Of a DNA stretch of 32,000 bases, positions 19,614 to 29,523 are shown piece after piece. The stretch spans positions 1,560,001 to 1,592,000 of the forward strand of contig NC_017039.1 in the NCBI RefSeq assembly GCF_000284455.1, given 5' to 3'. Each line of letters begins with the position of its first letter. Within the stretch, counting starts at the first letter, position 1. The translations under genes were made by a program, and so were the position numbers. The notes under the pieces are model-generated. The model was not told the DNA's origin. It saw nothing but the letters and a program-made list of their open reading frames with translations, and ran no database searches. Source of the DNA: Synechocystis sp. PCC 6803 substr. PCC-P. Its GTDB lineage: Bacteria > Cyanobacteriota > Cyanobacteriia > Cyanobacteriales > Microcystaceae.

Positions 19614-19862
19614 CTAAGCGCTACATAAGTTAATTATTCTATACACACTAGCCTGACTAATCCCCAACTCCCTTGCTACATAAGCTTTAGACCTACCATG
19701 ACGTACAAGAGTTACAACCTGTTCCGGTACACCGTCACTGATAGGTTTTCTAGCCTCATACTTCTCTTCAGCCTTAGCTACCCCTTCACGCTGACGCTCT
19801 AGCATCATCTCTCTTTCAAACTGCCCCACACCACCAAGCAAGGTAATCGTCAATCTTCCCAA
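19614..19862 (-). pseudogene. C-terminal remnant of a serine resolvase/invertase
   Basis: MGRLTITLLGGVGQFEREMMLERQREGVAKAEEKYEARKP..VARELGISQASVYRII matches the long E-helix and HTH region of Tn3-type resolvases. The N-terminal catalytic domain is absent in all frames of the ~100 bp before the next gene. Confidence 0.82.
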
Positions 19863-19959
19863 CTTCTGGTAGTTTGCTAGTAAGTTACAGTGCCAAACTT
19901 AACGGCCAGAATATTTTTTGCATAAAAGCTTTGACCATGGGTTTGTTACGGAAAAGTTT

Positions 19960-20838
19960 TTATGTAGATTTGAGCCCCCTAAATATTTTGGCTTTCAGTA
20001 AACCAGCAAAAATGCCACTGGTCAAGAACATAACAACGGAATAAATTGCAGCAGGAATGGCCATAATAGGAGCATTTAAAAGAGTTGTGGCAATGGCGAT
20101 CGCCAAAGTGCCGTTTTGGATACCCACTTCAATGGTGATAGATTTTCTTTCAGCAAGCCCTAGCCCCGCCAAGATAGCAATGCCATAACCCAGCCCCATA
20201 GTGAGAAGATTGAGCGTTACAGTTACTCCCCCCACTTGGAGGAAAAAGTCTGCCAAGTTTTCCCGCTCTTTGACTAGAATAGCAACGATAATAATACCAA
20301 GAAAAAATAGGGAAAGCCATTTAACATTTTTCTCCATTACCATGGCAATTTTAGGCAAGAAATGGTAAAAAATCATACCTAAGCTAACCGGAATAATGGT
20401 AATTACGGCAATTTGTAAAACGGTTTTGAGAAAAGGAAGTTGGAGAGCAAATTGTTCCCCCATAAAATAATTTGCCGCCAGATTAACCACCAGGGGAATG
20501 GTGATGATCGTGACCAAACTACTGATGGCAGTTAGGGTAATGGAAAGGGCCACGTTGCCTTTGAGCAAATAGGTAATTACATTGGAAGTGGAGCCACCGG
20601 GACAGGCGGCCAAAATCATTAACCCCACTGCTAACTCTGGGGACAAAGAAAACAAAGATGATAGCCCGAATCCCACCATGGGCAACATAACTAATTGGGC
20701 GATTAAACCAATTGCAACGGCTTTGGGTTCTAGCCAAATGCGATTAAAGTCTTTAATGGTAAGCCCAAGCCCCATGCCAAACATAATCAAAAAAAGAGCC
20801 AAGGGCAAGAAAATAGTTGTTAAAAAATTGGACTCCAT
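19960..20838 (-). CDS. Bile acid:sodium symporter family (BASS) transporter
   Basis: [68 protein letters not shown]; multi-TM. Confidence 0.92.
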   Translation of the reverse strand: [292 protein letters not shown]

Positions 20839-21233
20839 GGGAGCAAATGATAAAAATTAATTTGATTTGAAATGGAAGTGTTGAATGATATTTGAAATAA
20901 AATCAAAAACTCTTTAAAATTGTAAAATGCGGGGTAAATTCTTTGCAAATAAACAAAGTGAGTGTATCATAATTTTGCTAAATTGCGAAAGAGCATTTGT
21001 TTTGTCTACCTGAAAATGGCCACCCAAAATTAGACATATTTTAAGACGTATCTAAGTTTATGCACATCTGGTTAGGATTGGTCCTAGACTAGAGTCAGAT
21101 GAAAACGGCAAATGTATTGAAAAGACTTAACTTGCAGGGAGTAACGTCCCAACAGGTGTTTTATGGAGTAAATTTCCCAGCAATTTGGTAAAATTCAGCC
21201 CCGTCAAACTTTGTAACCAACTAGCTATGGCCT

Positions 21234-22226
21234 ATGACAATTAGCACCACAGATACTTCCCTAATTATTTGGCCGGCCATGGGTTGTGGCACCTGGGCTT
21301 GGGGTAACAAATTGCTCTGGGGTTACCAGCCTGCTATGAATGGAGAACTGGAACGGGTGTTTAGGGAATGTGTGGCGGCGGGAATAACTTTTTTTGACAC
21401 TGGAGATTCCTATGGCACCGGCCGACTCCAAGGACAAAGTGAAAAACTGTTGGGGCAATTTTCCCAAGCCTATGAAGGACTAAATCAAGACAAAATTTGC
21501 CTGGCCACCAAATTAGCTCCCTACCCGTGGCGACTCACTCCCCAAGCTATGGTTGGGGCCGGCATGGCTTCCCAGCAACGACTACAGCGACCAATTGATC
21601 TCGTCCAACTCCATTGGTCCACGGCCAACTATGCTCCCTGGCAAGAACAACCTTTGCTCAAGGGTTTAGTCCAACTTTGCCAACGGGGCCACGCTAAGGC
21701 TTTAGGTTTATCCAACTTCGGTCCCAAGCGTCTGCAAAAGGCCTATGACTTTTGTCAGAATGAGGGAGTTAGCATTGTCAGTCTGCAGGTGCAATATTCC
21801 TTGCTTTCCACCGATCCCGTCAGCAAATTAGGCTTGAAGGAACTCTGTGAGCAATTGGGCATCAAATTAATTGCCTATAGTCCCCTGACCCTGGGGCTGT
21901 TGACCGGTAAATATGGTCCCCAAGGACCTTTTCCTCCAGGTATCCGTGGCCTATTGTTCCGGCGACTATTACCCAAAATTCAGCCTCTTTTGGATACTCT
22001 CCAGGCGATCGCCAGGGAGCGGGAAAAAACCATGGCCCAGGTAGCCTTGAACTGGTGTATATGCCAGGGGACTATGCCCATTCCAGGGGCAAAAAACTGC
22101 CAACAGGTACAGGACAATCTGGGAGCGCTGGGTTGGCAACTGGATCGGGGGGAGATGGACGAGTTGAACAATCAGGCAGCGGCCTTACCCCAAACCATGG
22201 TGCAAAACATTTTCCAAAGTCGTTAG
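21234..22226 (+). CDS. Aldo/keto reductase family protein
   Basis: GCGTWAWG, FFDTGDSYGTGRLQGQSEKLLG, LATKLAPYPW, LVQLHWST, ALGLSNFGPKRL, YSPLTLGLLTGKY, PIPGAKNCQQVQDNLGALGWQL. Confidence 0.93.
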   Translation: MTISTTDTSLIIWPAMGCGTWAWGNKLLWGYQPAMNGELERVFRECVAAGITFFDTGDSYGTGRLQGQSEKLLGQFSQAYEGLNQDKICLATKLAPYPWRLTPQAMVGAGMASQQRLQRPIDLVQLHWSTANYAPWQEQPLLKGLVQLCQRGHAKALGLSNFGPKRLQKAYDFCQNEGVSIVSLQVQYSLLSTDPVSKLGLKELCEQLGIKLIAYSPLTLGLLTGKYGPQGPFPPGIRGLLFRRLLPKIQPLLDTLQAIAREREKTMAQVALNWCICQGTMPIPGAKNCQQVQDNLGALGWQLDRGEMDELNNQAAALPQTMVQNIFQSR

Positions 22227-22276
22227 TTTGCCAAAGGATTAACTGGGTTTATAAATACTAATCAAAGCGCTAGACT

Positions 22277-23527
22277 TTATTGACCCAAATCTTCGGGAAA
22301 GGGCCCTGGTCGCACTGCCATCATTTGTGGTTTTTGTCCACGCTTAACGGCGATCGCCAAAGGTTCCCCAATTTGACTCACTTCCACCCGTTCTTGAACG
22401 TCAGTGGCGGTTTTAACCCCCATGCCCCCCACTTCGAGAATGATGTCCCCTGGGGCCAACCCTGCCTGGGCCGCCGGGGAACCTGGACTGACTTGAATAA
22501 TTAAAACCCCTGTGTCCGCTGTCACCCCTGCCGGTAACTCCCCACTAGTCCGCAATTGTTTAGTCATTTCCGGGGTCAGGGTAACCATGTGGATGCCAAG
22601 GTAGGGATGCTCCATTTTGCCCTTGGTAAACAGATTTTCCGCTACATTTTGGGCCGTTTGAATAGGAATGGCAAATCCCAATCCCTGGGCATCGGCTCGG
22701 ATGGCTGTGTTGACTCCAATCACTTCCCCTTTGGCATTGAGCAGGGGGCCACCGGAATTGCCTGGATTGATGGCGGCATCGGTTTGGATAAAGCGCACCC
22801 GTTTATCTGGCACCCCCACCTCGGAACTAGAGCGGCCCAGGGCACTGATAATGCCAACGGTAACGGTGTTATCTAAACCCAAAGGATTACCAATAGCGAT
22901 GGCCCATTCTCCAGGCTGCAGGCGATCGGATTGGCCAATTTCCACCACAGGCAAATTTTCCGCTTCAACTTTCACTACGGCCACATCGGTCATCGTATCA
23001 ATTCCCATCACCTTACCTTCGAGGACGGAGCCATCTTTAAGGGTGACCTTAACTGTGCTGGCCCCTTCCACCACATGGGCATTGGTTAAAACTTCGCCGT
23101 CAGAACTCAAAATAAAACCCGAGCCAGTGCCCTGTTCCCTTGGGTCGGGGTTAGGGGGCATTTCCTCACCAAAAAAGCGACGGAAAAAGGGTTGGTCTCC
23201 CATGGGGCCGCCCTGGGAAACAGCAGTCCTTTCCGAATCAATTCTGACCACTGCGGGGCCAATTTTTTGCACAGCCCGGGCGATGAAATTTAGCTCCTGA
23301 TCATCCTGGGCAGAGCGAGGCAGAGTTAGGGGGAGGGCACTGCGGTAATTGCTCTCCACCGGGGCAGGAGTCAGACTTTGGGGACTGGTGTTGACAGGGG
23401 AGTCGGGGGAGGAATGGTTTTGGCCTGAAGACAAAAGATAACCCCCCCCAGCGGCACCGATCGCCCCACCGAAAAGGAGTAAAAGCACGGCCACGCCTAA
23501 ATGTGATGCCTTCAGATGGATTGCCAT
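22277..23527 (-). CDS. hhoB: HtrA/Deg-family serine protease with one PDZ domain
   Basis: N-terminal membrane/signal segment; triad GEVLTNAHVVEG (H), MTDVAVVKVEA (D), INPGNSGGPLLNAKGEVIG (S); one C-terminal PDZ domain (YLGIHMVTL..SPAAQAGLAPGDIILEVGG). Symbol from remembered Synechocystis annotation. Confidence 0.93.
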   Translation of the reverse strand: MAIHLKASHLGVAVLLLLFGGAIGAAGGGYLLSSGQNHSSPDSPVNTSPQSLTPAPVESNYRSALPLTLPRSAQDDQELNFIARAVQKIGPAVVRIDSERTAVSQGGPMGDQPFFRRFFGEEMPPNPDPREQGTGSGFILSSDGEVLTNAHVVEGASTVKVTLKDGSVLEGKVMGIDTMTDVAVVKVEAENLPVVEIGQSDRLQPGEWAIAIGNPLGLDNTVTVGIISALGRSSSEVGVPDKRVRFIQTDAAINPGNSGGPLLNAKGEVIGVNTAIRADAQGLGFAIPIQTAQNVAENLFTKGKMEHPYLGIHMVTLTPEMTKQLRTSGELPAGVTADTGVLIIQVSPGSPAAQAGLAPGDIILEVGGMGVKTATDVQERVEVSQIGEPLAIAVKRGQKPQMMAVRPGPFPEDLGQ

Positions 23528-23640
23528 GGAGAATTGTTAATAGTCAGTGTTTTAACTTTAACAAACTGGAGCTGGGGAAATTGTCGCCAAAGGACGAAAA
23601 CTCTTTCCCCTTCAACCCAGCTAAATGGCAGCGCAAAACT

Positions 23641-24111
23641 CTATTCCCAAAAGGGATTACTCTGGCCGTGGGTGCAGACCATATTTTGATTATTAGCTAA
23701 GTTATTCATCCAGCTTGTCATCTCTGCTTTACCGCCTTCCCCTTCTAGCCAAAAGACAGTGATTAAGCCCATGGTGGCGTTAGTTTCACAAGAAAAAGTG
23801 GCATCCCCTGGATCAACGGAGGGAATATTTTGTTCGCATGCCCAAGTCTGGTCTGGGTTAACGGTTTCCTGCCAACCTTTCAGCTCCTTAACTTCTACAG
23901 CAACACTTTTACTACCGTTTTTACATATCCAAGTGATCAACTGGTCGGGTTGGTCGGTGATGTCATCTACATCGGGGGTATCCAAAGCCTCTTGCACGGT
24001 GGGTATGTCATCCCCTGGAGCTACCTGGGCTGAAGTGGTTAATCCATAGCCCCCTGTGGCCATCAACACCGACACGGATAGGGCAATTCCCCGCAGTAAA
24101 GATTTCATCAC
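23641..24111 (-). CDS. Hypothetical secreted protein
   Basis: Signal-like MMKSLLRGIALSVSVLMATGGYGLTTSAQVAPG followed by a Cys/Trp-containing domain (CKNGSKSVAVEVKELKGWQ...FWLEGEGGKAEMTSW); no family recognised. Confidence 0.7.
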   Translation of the reverse strand: MMKSLLRGIALSVSVLMATGGYGLTTSAQVAPGDDIPTVQEALDTPDVDDITDQPDQLITWICKNGSKSVAVEVKELKGWQETVNPDQTWACEQNIPSVDPGDATFSCETNATMGLITVFWLEGEGGKAEMTSWMNNLANNQNMVCTHGQSNPFWE

Positions 24112-24236
24112 AACTTACCCTCTGGAAAAAGTGATTCAAGATATTCAAGACACATTGACCATAGCATTTTTCCCTAAAAAGCTGGGGCAAAAGGGTGCTA
24201 TTTCTGCAACTGGACTGGCCCTAGGACTAAGTAGTT

Positions 24237-26048
24237 TTAACTAGTCTTTTTCTCTGCTTTGATCCAGGCAGTTAAGGTGGGGACAACGGCGGCGATCGCC
24301 AGATTTTGCACACTTTTATCGGCCCGCTTGACCACTTCTAGCTGTCCTTGTTTGAGGGATTTGCCGGTGACAACCCGATAAGGAATGCCAATAAGTTCAG
24401 AGTCTTTAAATTTGACCCCGGCCCGTTCGTTGCGGTCATCCAGCAGCACATCTACCTCGGCGGCCTGGAATTCTGTGTAAATTTGCTCGGCCACCTGCAT
24501 TTGTTCTTCGTCCCCCACATTGGGTACCACAATGACTACTTCGTAGGGGGCGATCGCCGTGGGCCAAATAATGCCGTCTTTATCGTAACTCTGCTCAACG
24601 GCGGCCTGGGCTAAGCGGGACACGCCAATGCCGTAACAGCCCATCACCAAAGGTTTTTCTTCCCCCTGTTCGTTGGTGAAGGTAGCTCCCATGGCTTGGG
24701 AATATTTGGTGCCCAATTGGAAAATATGCCCCACTTCGATACCCCGGGCAGTTTTCAGTTCCCCTGTGGGGTCATGGACCGGGCGATCACCAGCCAGAGC
24801 TTTACGCACATCCACCACCAATTTAGGCAGGGTAAAGTCGGTGCTCCAGTTGGCTCCAGTAACATGGTAATCAACTGCATCAGCGCCGGTGGCAAAGTTG
24901 GTCAAATCCACCGCGGTTTGATCTACCAGCCGGAGAAATTTGTCTGCTACTTGTTTATTTGTGGCAATGTAATCATCACTAATGCCGGGGGAAATATAAC
25001 CCAAAGGTAACGGTTTTGCCGCCCATTTTTGCTGTTCTTTTTCATCGGGAACAGTCAAACTTAAAATATTAGTGCTTTCATAATGGGGAGCTAGTTTGGT
25101 CAACTCGTTGGTTAATTTAACTTCATTAACTTCTTGATCACCCCGGATACTTACCAACACTAAAACCGCTTTGCCGGAATTGTACACCGCTTGATATAAA
25201 ACGTTTTTCACCACATTGCTGGCATCACAGTCTAAGCATTGGCACATCTTGGCGATCGTGGCGGTATTGGGGGCTGACTGTTTTTTATAACCACTAAAAG
25301 GGGAAGGTTTAGCATCGGGGGCAAGGGACACTGCTTTTTCCACATTGGCGGAATATAAACCATCTTCGGTGTAGAGAATTTCATCTTCCCCGGCATCGGC
25401 CAGCACCATAAACTCCTGGGAACCGGAACCACCGATCGCCCCGGAATCCGCATCCACCGGCCGGAAATCTAGACCACAGCGGCTAAAAATATTTCTGTAG
25501 GCCTGGTCCATGGCCCCGTAGGTTGCCTTTAAACTAGCTTCGTCACTGTGGAAAGAATAGGCATCTTTCATAATGAACTCCCGCCCCCGCATAAGCCCAA
25601 AACGGGGACGAATTTCATCCCGGAATTTGGTCTGAATTTGGTATAAATTCACCGGCAATTGACGATAGGAACGGATCATTTCCTTGGCGATCGCCGTGAT
25701 TACTTCTTCATGGGTGGGGCCCAAACCAAGTTCCCGTTCTAGTCGATCCCGGAGGGCAAACATAATTCCTTCGGACTCTGTGTAGGTATCCCACCGTCCT
25801 GACATTTTCCACAATTCCGACGGCTGTAGCTGGGGCAATAGGCACTCCTGGGCCCCGGTGCGATTCATTTCTTCCTGGACAATGCGCTTCACTTTTTCTA
25901 GCACCCGCCATATCAGAGGTAAGTAGGCGTATAGACCACTGCCCAAACGACGGATAAAACCGGCCCGCACCAGAAGTTTATGACTGGGGATTTCCGCATC
26001 CGCTGGATCGTCTCTGAGGGTGACAAAGAGCATCTGGGACAGTCGCAT
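24237..26048 (-). CDS. proS: Prolyl-tRNA synthetase
   Basis: [130 protein letters not shown]. The track's 14-aa extension to 26090 is probably not coding. Confidence 0.97.
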   Translation of the reverse strand: MRLSQMLFVTLRDDPADAEIPSHKLLVRAGFIRRLGSGLYAYLPLIWRVLEKVKRIVQEEMNRTGAQECLLPQLQPSELWKMSGRWDTYTESEGIMFALRDRLERELGLGPTHEEVITAIAKEMIRSYRQLPVNLYQIQTKFRDEIRPRFGLMRGREFIMKDAYSFHSDEASLKATYGAMDQAYRNIFSRCGLDFRPVDADSGAIGGSGSQEFMVLADAGEDEILYTEDGLYSANVEKAVSLAPDAKPSPFSGYKKQSAPNTATIAKMCQCLDCDASNVVKNVLYQAVYNSGKAVLVLVSIRGDQEVNEVKLTNELTKLAPHYESTNILSLTVPDEKEQQKWAAKPLPLGYISPGISDDYIATNKQVADKFLRLVDQTAVDLTNFATGADAVDYHVTGANWSTDFTLPKLVVDVRKALAGDRPVHDPTGELKTARGIEVGHIFQLGTKYSQAMGATFTNEQGEEKPLVMGCYGIGVSRLAQAAVEQSYDKDGIIWPTAIAPYEVVIVVPNVGDEEQMQVAEQIYTEFQAAEVDVLLDDRNERAGVKFKDSELIGIPYRVVTGKSLKQGQLEVVKRADKSVQNLAIAAVVPTLTAWIKAEKKTS

Positions 26049-26258
26049 AATGAGCCTAGGTAAATGACGCACTGACCCATTATCCCACACCAGTTAAATT
26101 GTGTTGAATGACTGCGCCGAGAATCCCTTAATTCAGCTAAAATCGGAGTGCCACTTGAATCCGGGGATGTATTTGCTCTGTATTTTCCCCAGTATTTTGC
26201 TCCCGCTCCCCTATGATAATTTTTCTCGTCTAGTTATCACTTTCCCCAGCTCTCTGCC

Positions 26259-26855
26259 ATGGATTTTCTCGCCTCCGAGTCCTCAGCCCCCGTCAATGCC
26301 GGCGTTCATGTCAATGTGATGGAAACGTTGGTCTATGAAGAGATTGATAAACAACTGCGTTTTTACCCCAAAAACTTGAGAAATTATCTCAATTTAACCG
26401 AGGTGGCAACCTACGCCCTCAATCGTTTACCGCCCCTCTATGCCTCCAGTGTGAAGGGAGTGGAAGAACAACGTCGGGTGGCGGCCCGCCAGTATCGCAG
26501 TGAGTTGACTTCCGCCGTTCGTCGGGCGATCGCCGCAGTGGAGAGGGACCCTTTACGAAGCTCTGAACCCATCGTTTCGGAAATTGAGGTGAATTATCGG
26601 GGAGCAGAAAATACCCTGGGACAAATTCAGGAATTGCTCAAACGCTACAACTTGTTGGAACCAGTTAACAAAGAAGTTACCTGGGACAATTGTTTACCTT
26701 TACTAAGGCAAGCCTTTTTGAAATTGACCGCTGTCCAATCCCCTACTCCTCCCGCCATTAATGAACGGCGATCGATGCCTTTGCCGCCCCCGCCCCCCAT
26801 TAGAACTCCGGCCATGGATAACCGCCAGATTGACCCCAAAAATACCCTTTGGTAA
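26259..26855 (+). CDS. Late competence development ComFB-like protein
   Basis: NVMETLVYEEIDKQLRFYPKNLRNYLNLTEVATYALNRLPPLYASSVKGVEEQ resembles ComFB-type domains common in cyanobacteria. Assignment is by recall. Confidence 0.6.
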   Translation: MDFLASESSAPVNAGVHVNVMETLVYEEIDKQLRFYPKNLRNYLNLTEVATYALNRLPPLYASSVKGVEEQRRVAARQYRSELTSAVRRAIAAVERDPLRSSEPIVSEIEVNYRGAENTLGQIQELLKRYNLLEPVNKEVTWDNCLPLLRQAFLKLTAVQSPTPPAINERRSMPLPPPPPIRTPAMDNRQIDPKNTLW

Positions 26856-26926
26856 TTGGTTAATTGGATTTATGGAGCCTTGGCCAGGATTTACTCTGGG
26901 TATATTTCCAAAGATGACCGACAAAA

Positions 26927-28402
26927 TTAATTCTCAAACATAATTTGATTGCCCCGCAAAGCAATAATTCTGATCTTTAACGGTCCGACCACCGATGTAT
27001 CCTCAGCGGCGATCGCCCGGACTTCATTGGGGGGATTATCGGCCTGACGGCGCAGTTGTTCGATAAAATCAATCAAAGTTTTAATGCGCCCATCCTCCAC
27101 TTGTATCGGGCCCAAAATACCTTCCCGACGGGCACGGAATTGGGCGGCAGCCAGGAGATAATCAATCCGTTTTTGGACATCAACTTCGCTAAAGTCGGAG
27201 GATTCGAGGGAAATGGTGGCAATGGTTTCCGCTTCTCGAAAAACTTGGCGGTTGGGCACCACGTCAAAAAAGACCCGAATTTCCCTTTCTTCCTGCACAT
27301 AATTCCCCGCTGATAGCACCCGAATAACATATTCCTGGCCTGGTTGGAGTTGGCTTGTAATACTATCCACCTGGGCGGTGGTCACCCGGACAATGGGTTC
27401 ATCGGGCACGGGCATATTGGGGGTTTTAACCAGTTGTAGAGCAGTGCGATTAGCCTGGCGCAACAATTGATCCACGGCACCAGTGACAGCTTCGCTACTT
27501 ACCACCCTTAGACCACCAAAGGCCAATAACTGACCCCGCAGAATGGCAATTTGTTGCCCCCGCAGCTCTTGGTAATCTTGATAATAGCGTTCGAGTTCTT
27601 CCACTTCCCTCTGCAGGAAACTTAGTTCTGTTTCTAGCCCCTGTAACTTTTCTTCCCGGGCCTGGATGTCATTATCTTTAGCGGCGATCGCCTGGTCGAG
27701 TTGATCAATTTTGGTGTCCCGTTGATTAATTTCAGCTTGTAACTGTTGGCGCTGGGCCTCCAAAGAAGCAAACCTTTTCTCCAAAGATTGCACCTGTTCC
27801 CGCTGACGGGCAAGGACTTTTTCCTGTTGGGCAATGCGTTCCTGACGCTTGGATAATTCTTGATCCCTCAGTTTTACCTGACTCTGAAGTTCTGAAGATT
27901 CCGCTAATAGTGAGTCCTTTTGTTCGTTCAATTGAGCCCTTTCCGCTGAAAGGTTAGCCACCTCCTGGCGCAAATTACGGGATTGTTCCGATACCCGGCG
28001 CAATAACTGCAAAGCTTTGGTATAGTTTCGATTCAGCTCCCGACTGCGCTCCTGCACCAATTGTTGCTCTTCGCGTACAGCCGTAAGTTCCGATTCAATT
28101 TCTTCTTTCGCTTGGCTAGCCTGTTCCAATTCTGTTTTGGCCACCCGCAACTGCGCCAAAATATCATCTAGTTGAAACACCCCCTCTCGTAAGGATTTAC
28201 TAAAAGTAAACAAAATCCCCAGGGTGGAAGCGGAAATCAGAGTGCCAGTAATCACCGTCAACAATACCGCCGTCTGTCGGGGTCGCAGTTTAAACAGACG
28301 TAGGCGAGCTTTGCCCACCTTACTGCCCAAATGATCCCCCAGCGCAGCAATGATTCCGCCCAAAACTAGGACAGAAAGAACCAGAATATAGGCACTGGTC
28401 AT
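26927..28402 (-). CDS. DUF3084-type membrane/coiled-coil protein
   Basis: N-terminal TM segments (ILVLSVLVLGGIIAALGDHLGSKVGKARLRLFKLRPRQTAVLLTVITGTLISASTLGILF), long coiled coil, conserved C-terminal domain; layout recalls cyanobacterial DUF3084 proteins. Confidence 0.78.
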   Translation of the reverse strand: MTSAYILVLSVLVLGGIIAALGDHLGSKVGKARLRLFKLRPRQTAVLLTVITGTLISASTLGILFTFSKSLREGVFQLDDILAQLRVAKTELEQASQAKEEIESELTAVREEQQLVQERSRELNRNYTKALQLLRRVSEQSRNLRQEVANLSAERAQLNEQKDSLLAESSELQSQVKLRDQELSKRQERIAQQEKVLARQREQVQSLEKRFASLEAQRQQLQAEINQRDTKIDQLDQAIAAKDNDIQAREEKLQGLETELSFLQREVEELERYYQDYQELRGQQIAILRGQLLAFGGLRVVSSEAVTGAVDQLLRQANRTALQLVKTPNMPVPDEPIVRVTTAQVDSITSQLQPGQEYVIRVLSAGNYVQEEREIRVFFDVVPNRQVFREAETIATISLESSDFSEVDVQKRIDYLLAAAQFRARREGILGPIQVEDGRIKTLIDFIEQLRRQADNPPNEVRAIAAEDTSVVGPLKIRIIALRGNQIMFEN

Positions 28403-28411
28403 AGAGGGTGG

Positions 28412-29089
28412 TTAGGTAAACTGTTGACTGAGAGCAACGGGGTTATGGACGGTAATTTTCTTTTTCGTGATGGAGATCATATTACCCTCCCGCAGATCTC
28501 CTAGGAGCCTAGTCACCGTTACCCTGGTGGAACCAATGGCTTCGGCGATCGCCTGATGGGATAACTTGAGGTCAATGCGAATGCCGTCCGGGGCAGGTAC
28601 ACCAAAATCTCGACAGAGAATCAGCAAAAAACTAACCAAACGAGAACCCATATCCCGGTGGGCTAGGGTTTCAATCATCATTTCCGTCTGGAGAATGCGG
28701 GAAGAAAGCCCCTGTAACATCAACAATGACAGGTCGGGATGCTCCTTGAGAGCCTGTTCCACCTGTTCAATGGGGGCAGACAGTAACTCCACCGGGGTAA
28801 AAGCCACTGCGTGGTAAAAACGGTCAGAACGTTGCCCGGTAACTAATGATAACACCCCAAAAACACTGTTCTCCCTCAACAGAGCGACGGTAATTTCTTC
28901 CCCGGCTTCGTAAACCCTAGATAACTTAACAGCCCCCTTGAGCAAAAAATAAACCCGTTCCGCCGGATCCCCAGGAAAAAAAATTGTTTTACTCCGATCA
29001 AACGTTTCCACCACCGGGGGCATCAACTCACTGCCTAAGCGTCGAAACACTGCCGCTAGGGGACGATCTTGGGTTAGGGACTGATCCAT
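28412..29089 (-). CDS. ntcA: Global nitrogen regulator NtcA (CRP/FNR family)
   Basis: 225 aa: cyclic-nucleotide-binding-like fold ([49 protein letters not shown]) and [29 protein letters not shown]. Confidence 0.98.
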   Translation of the reverse strand: MDQSLTQDRPLAAVFRRLGSELMPPVVETFDRSKTIFFPGDPAERVYFLLKGAVKLSRVYEAGEEITVALLRENSVFGVLSLVTGQRSDRFYHAVAFTPVELLSAPIEQVEQALKEHPDLSLLMLQGLSSRILQTEMMIETLAHRDMGSRLVSFLLILCRDFGVPAPDGIRIDLKLSHQAIAEAIGSTRVTVTRLLGDLREGNMISITKKKITVHNPVALSQQFT

Positions 29090-29146
29090 GCACGTTCACG
29101 GTAATGGGGGCATCAAGGGAAGTGCAAAACCCCATTCTGTATCAAG

Positions 29147-29152
29147 ATTATA
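29147..29152 (-). promoter_or_regulatory. Consensus -10 (TATAAT) candidate for ntcA
   Basis: Reverse complement of ATTATA at 29147-29152 is a perfect TATAAT, ~58 bp upstream of the ntcA start codon, in the short gap after the preceding same-strand ORF. Confidence 0.5.
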
Positions 29153-29161
29153 CACAACGGA

Positions 29162-29410
29162 TTACATGCGCTCCACACTGCCAAAGAAAATTGGTTCCAC
29201 CCGAATGGCAACGATCGCCGAGGGTCGCACCACCATGTACTCGCCCTGAATATTTCTGATAGGCACACTGATAAATTCCTGGGAATCGTGCTTGGGCACA
29301 ACTTCGTTGCTATACCATTTTTGGAAATCTTGAATGGTCATGAAACGGACTTCCTCTCGATGGCCATTGGCCAAAAACAGATGGATGGCAAATTCGTCGG
29401 CTTTTTGCAT
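29162..29410 (-). CDS. Conserved small hypothetical protein upstream of ntcA
   Basis: 82-aa ORF MQKADEFAIHLFLANGHREEVRFMTIQDFQKWY..., compact, well-formed, same strand as ntcA. Confidence 0.75.
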   Translation of the reverse strand: MQKADEFAIHLFLANGHREEVRFMTIQDFQKWYSNEVVPKHDSQEFISVPIRNIQGEYMVVRPSAIVAIRVEPIFFGSVERM

Positions 29411-29523
29411 GGTCAGGGTCCCTAATGATTTCGTTTAGATTATCCTCCATCCCGTGGACAGAGCAACGGTGACAAAAGGTCCAGCCTAGGTTGGCTCCAT
29501 TAAATTTTAGGTAACAAAAGGTA

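Noticed and set aside
22668-23300. 210-aa forward ORF opposite hhoB
   Set aside because: Antisense to a protease with an intact catalytic triad; composition has no domain signature and length is explained by the GC-rich codon pattern.
24237-26090. 14-aa N-terminal extension of proS in the ORF track ([14 protein letters not shown])
   Set aside because: Prolyl-tRNA synthetases start at MRLSQMLF; the extension looks like untranslated sequence.
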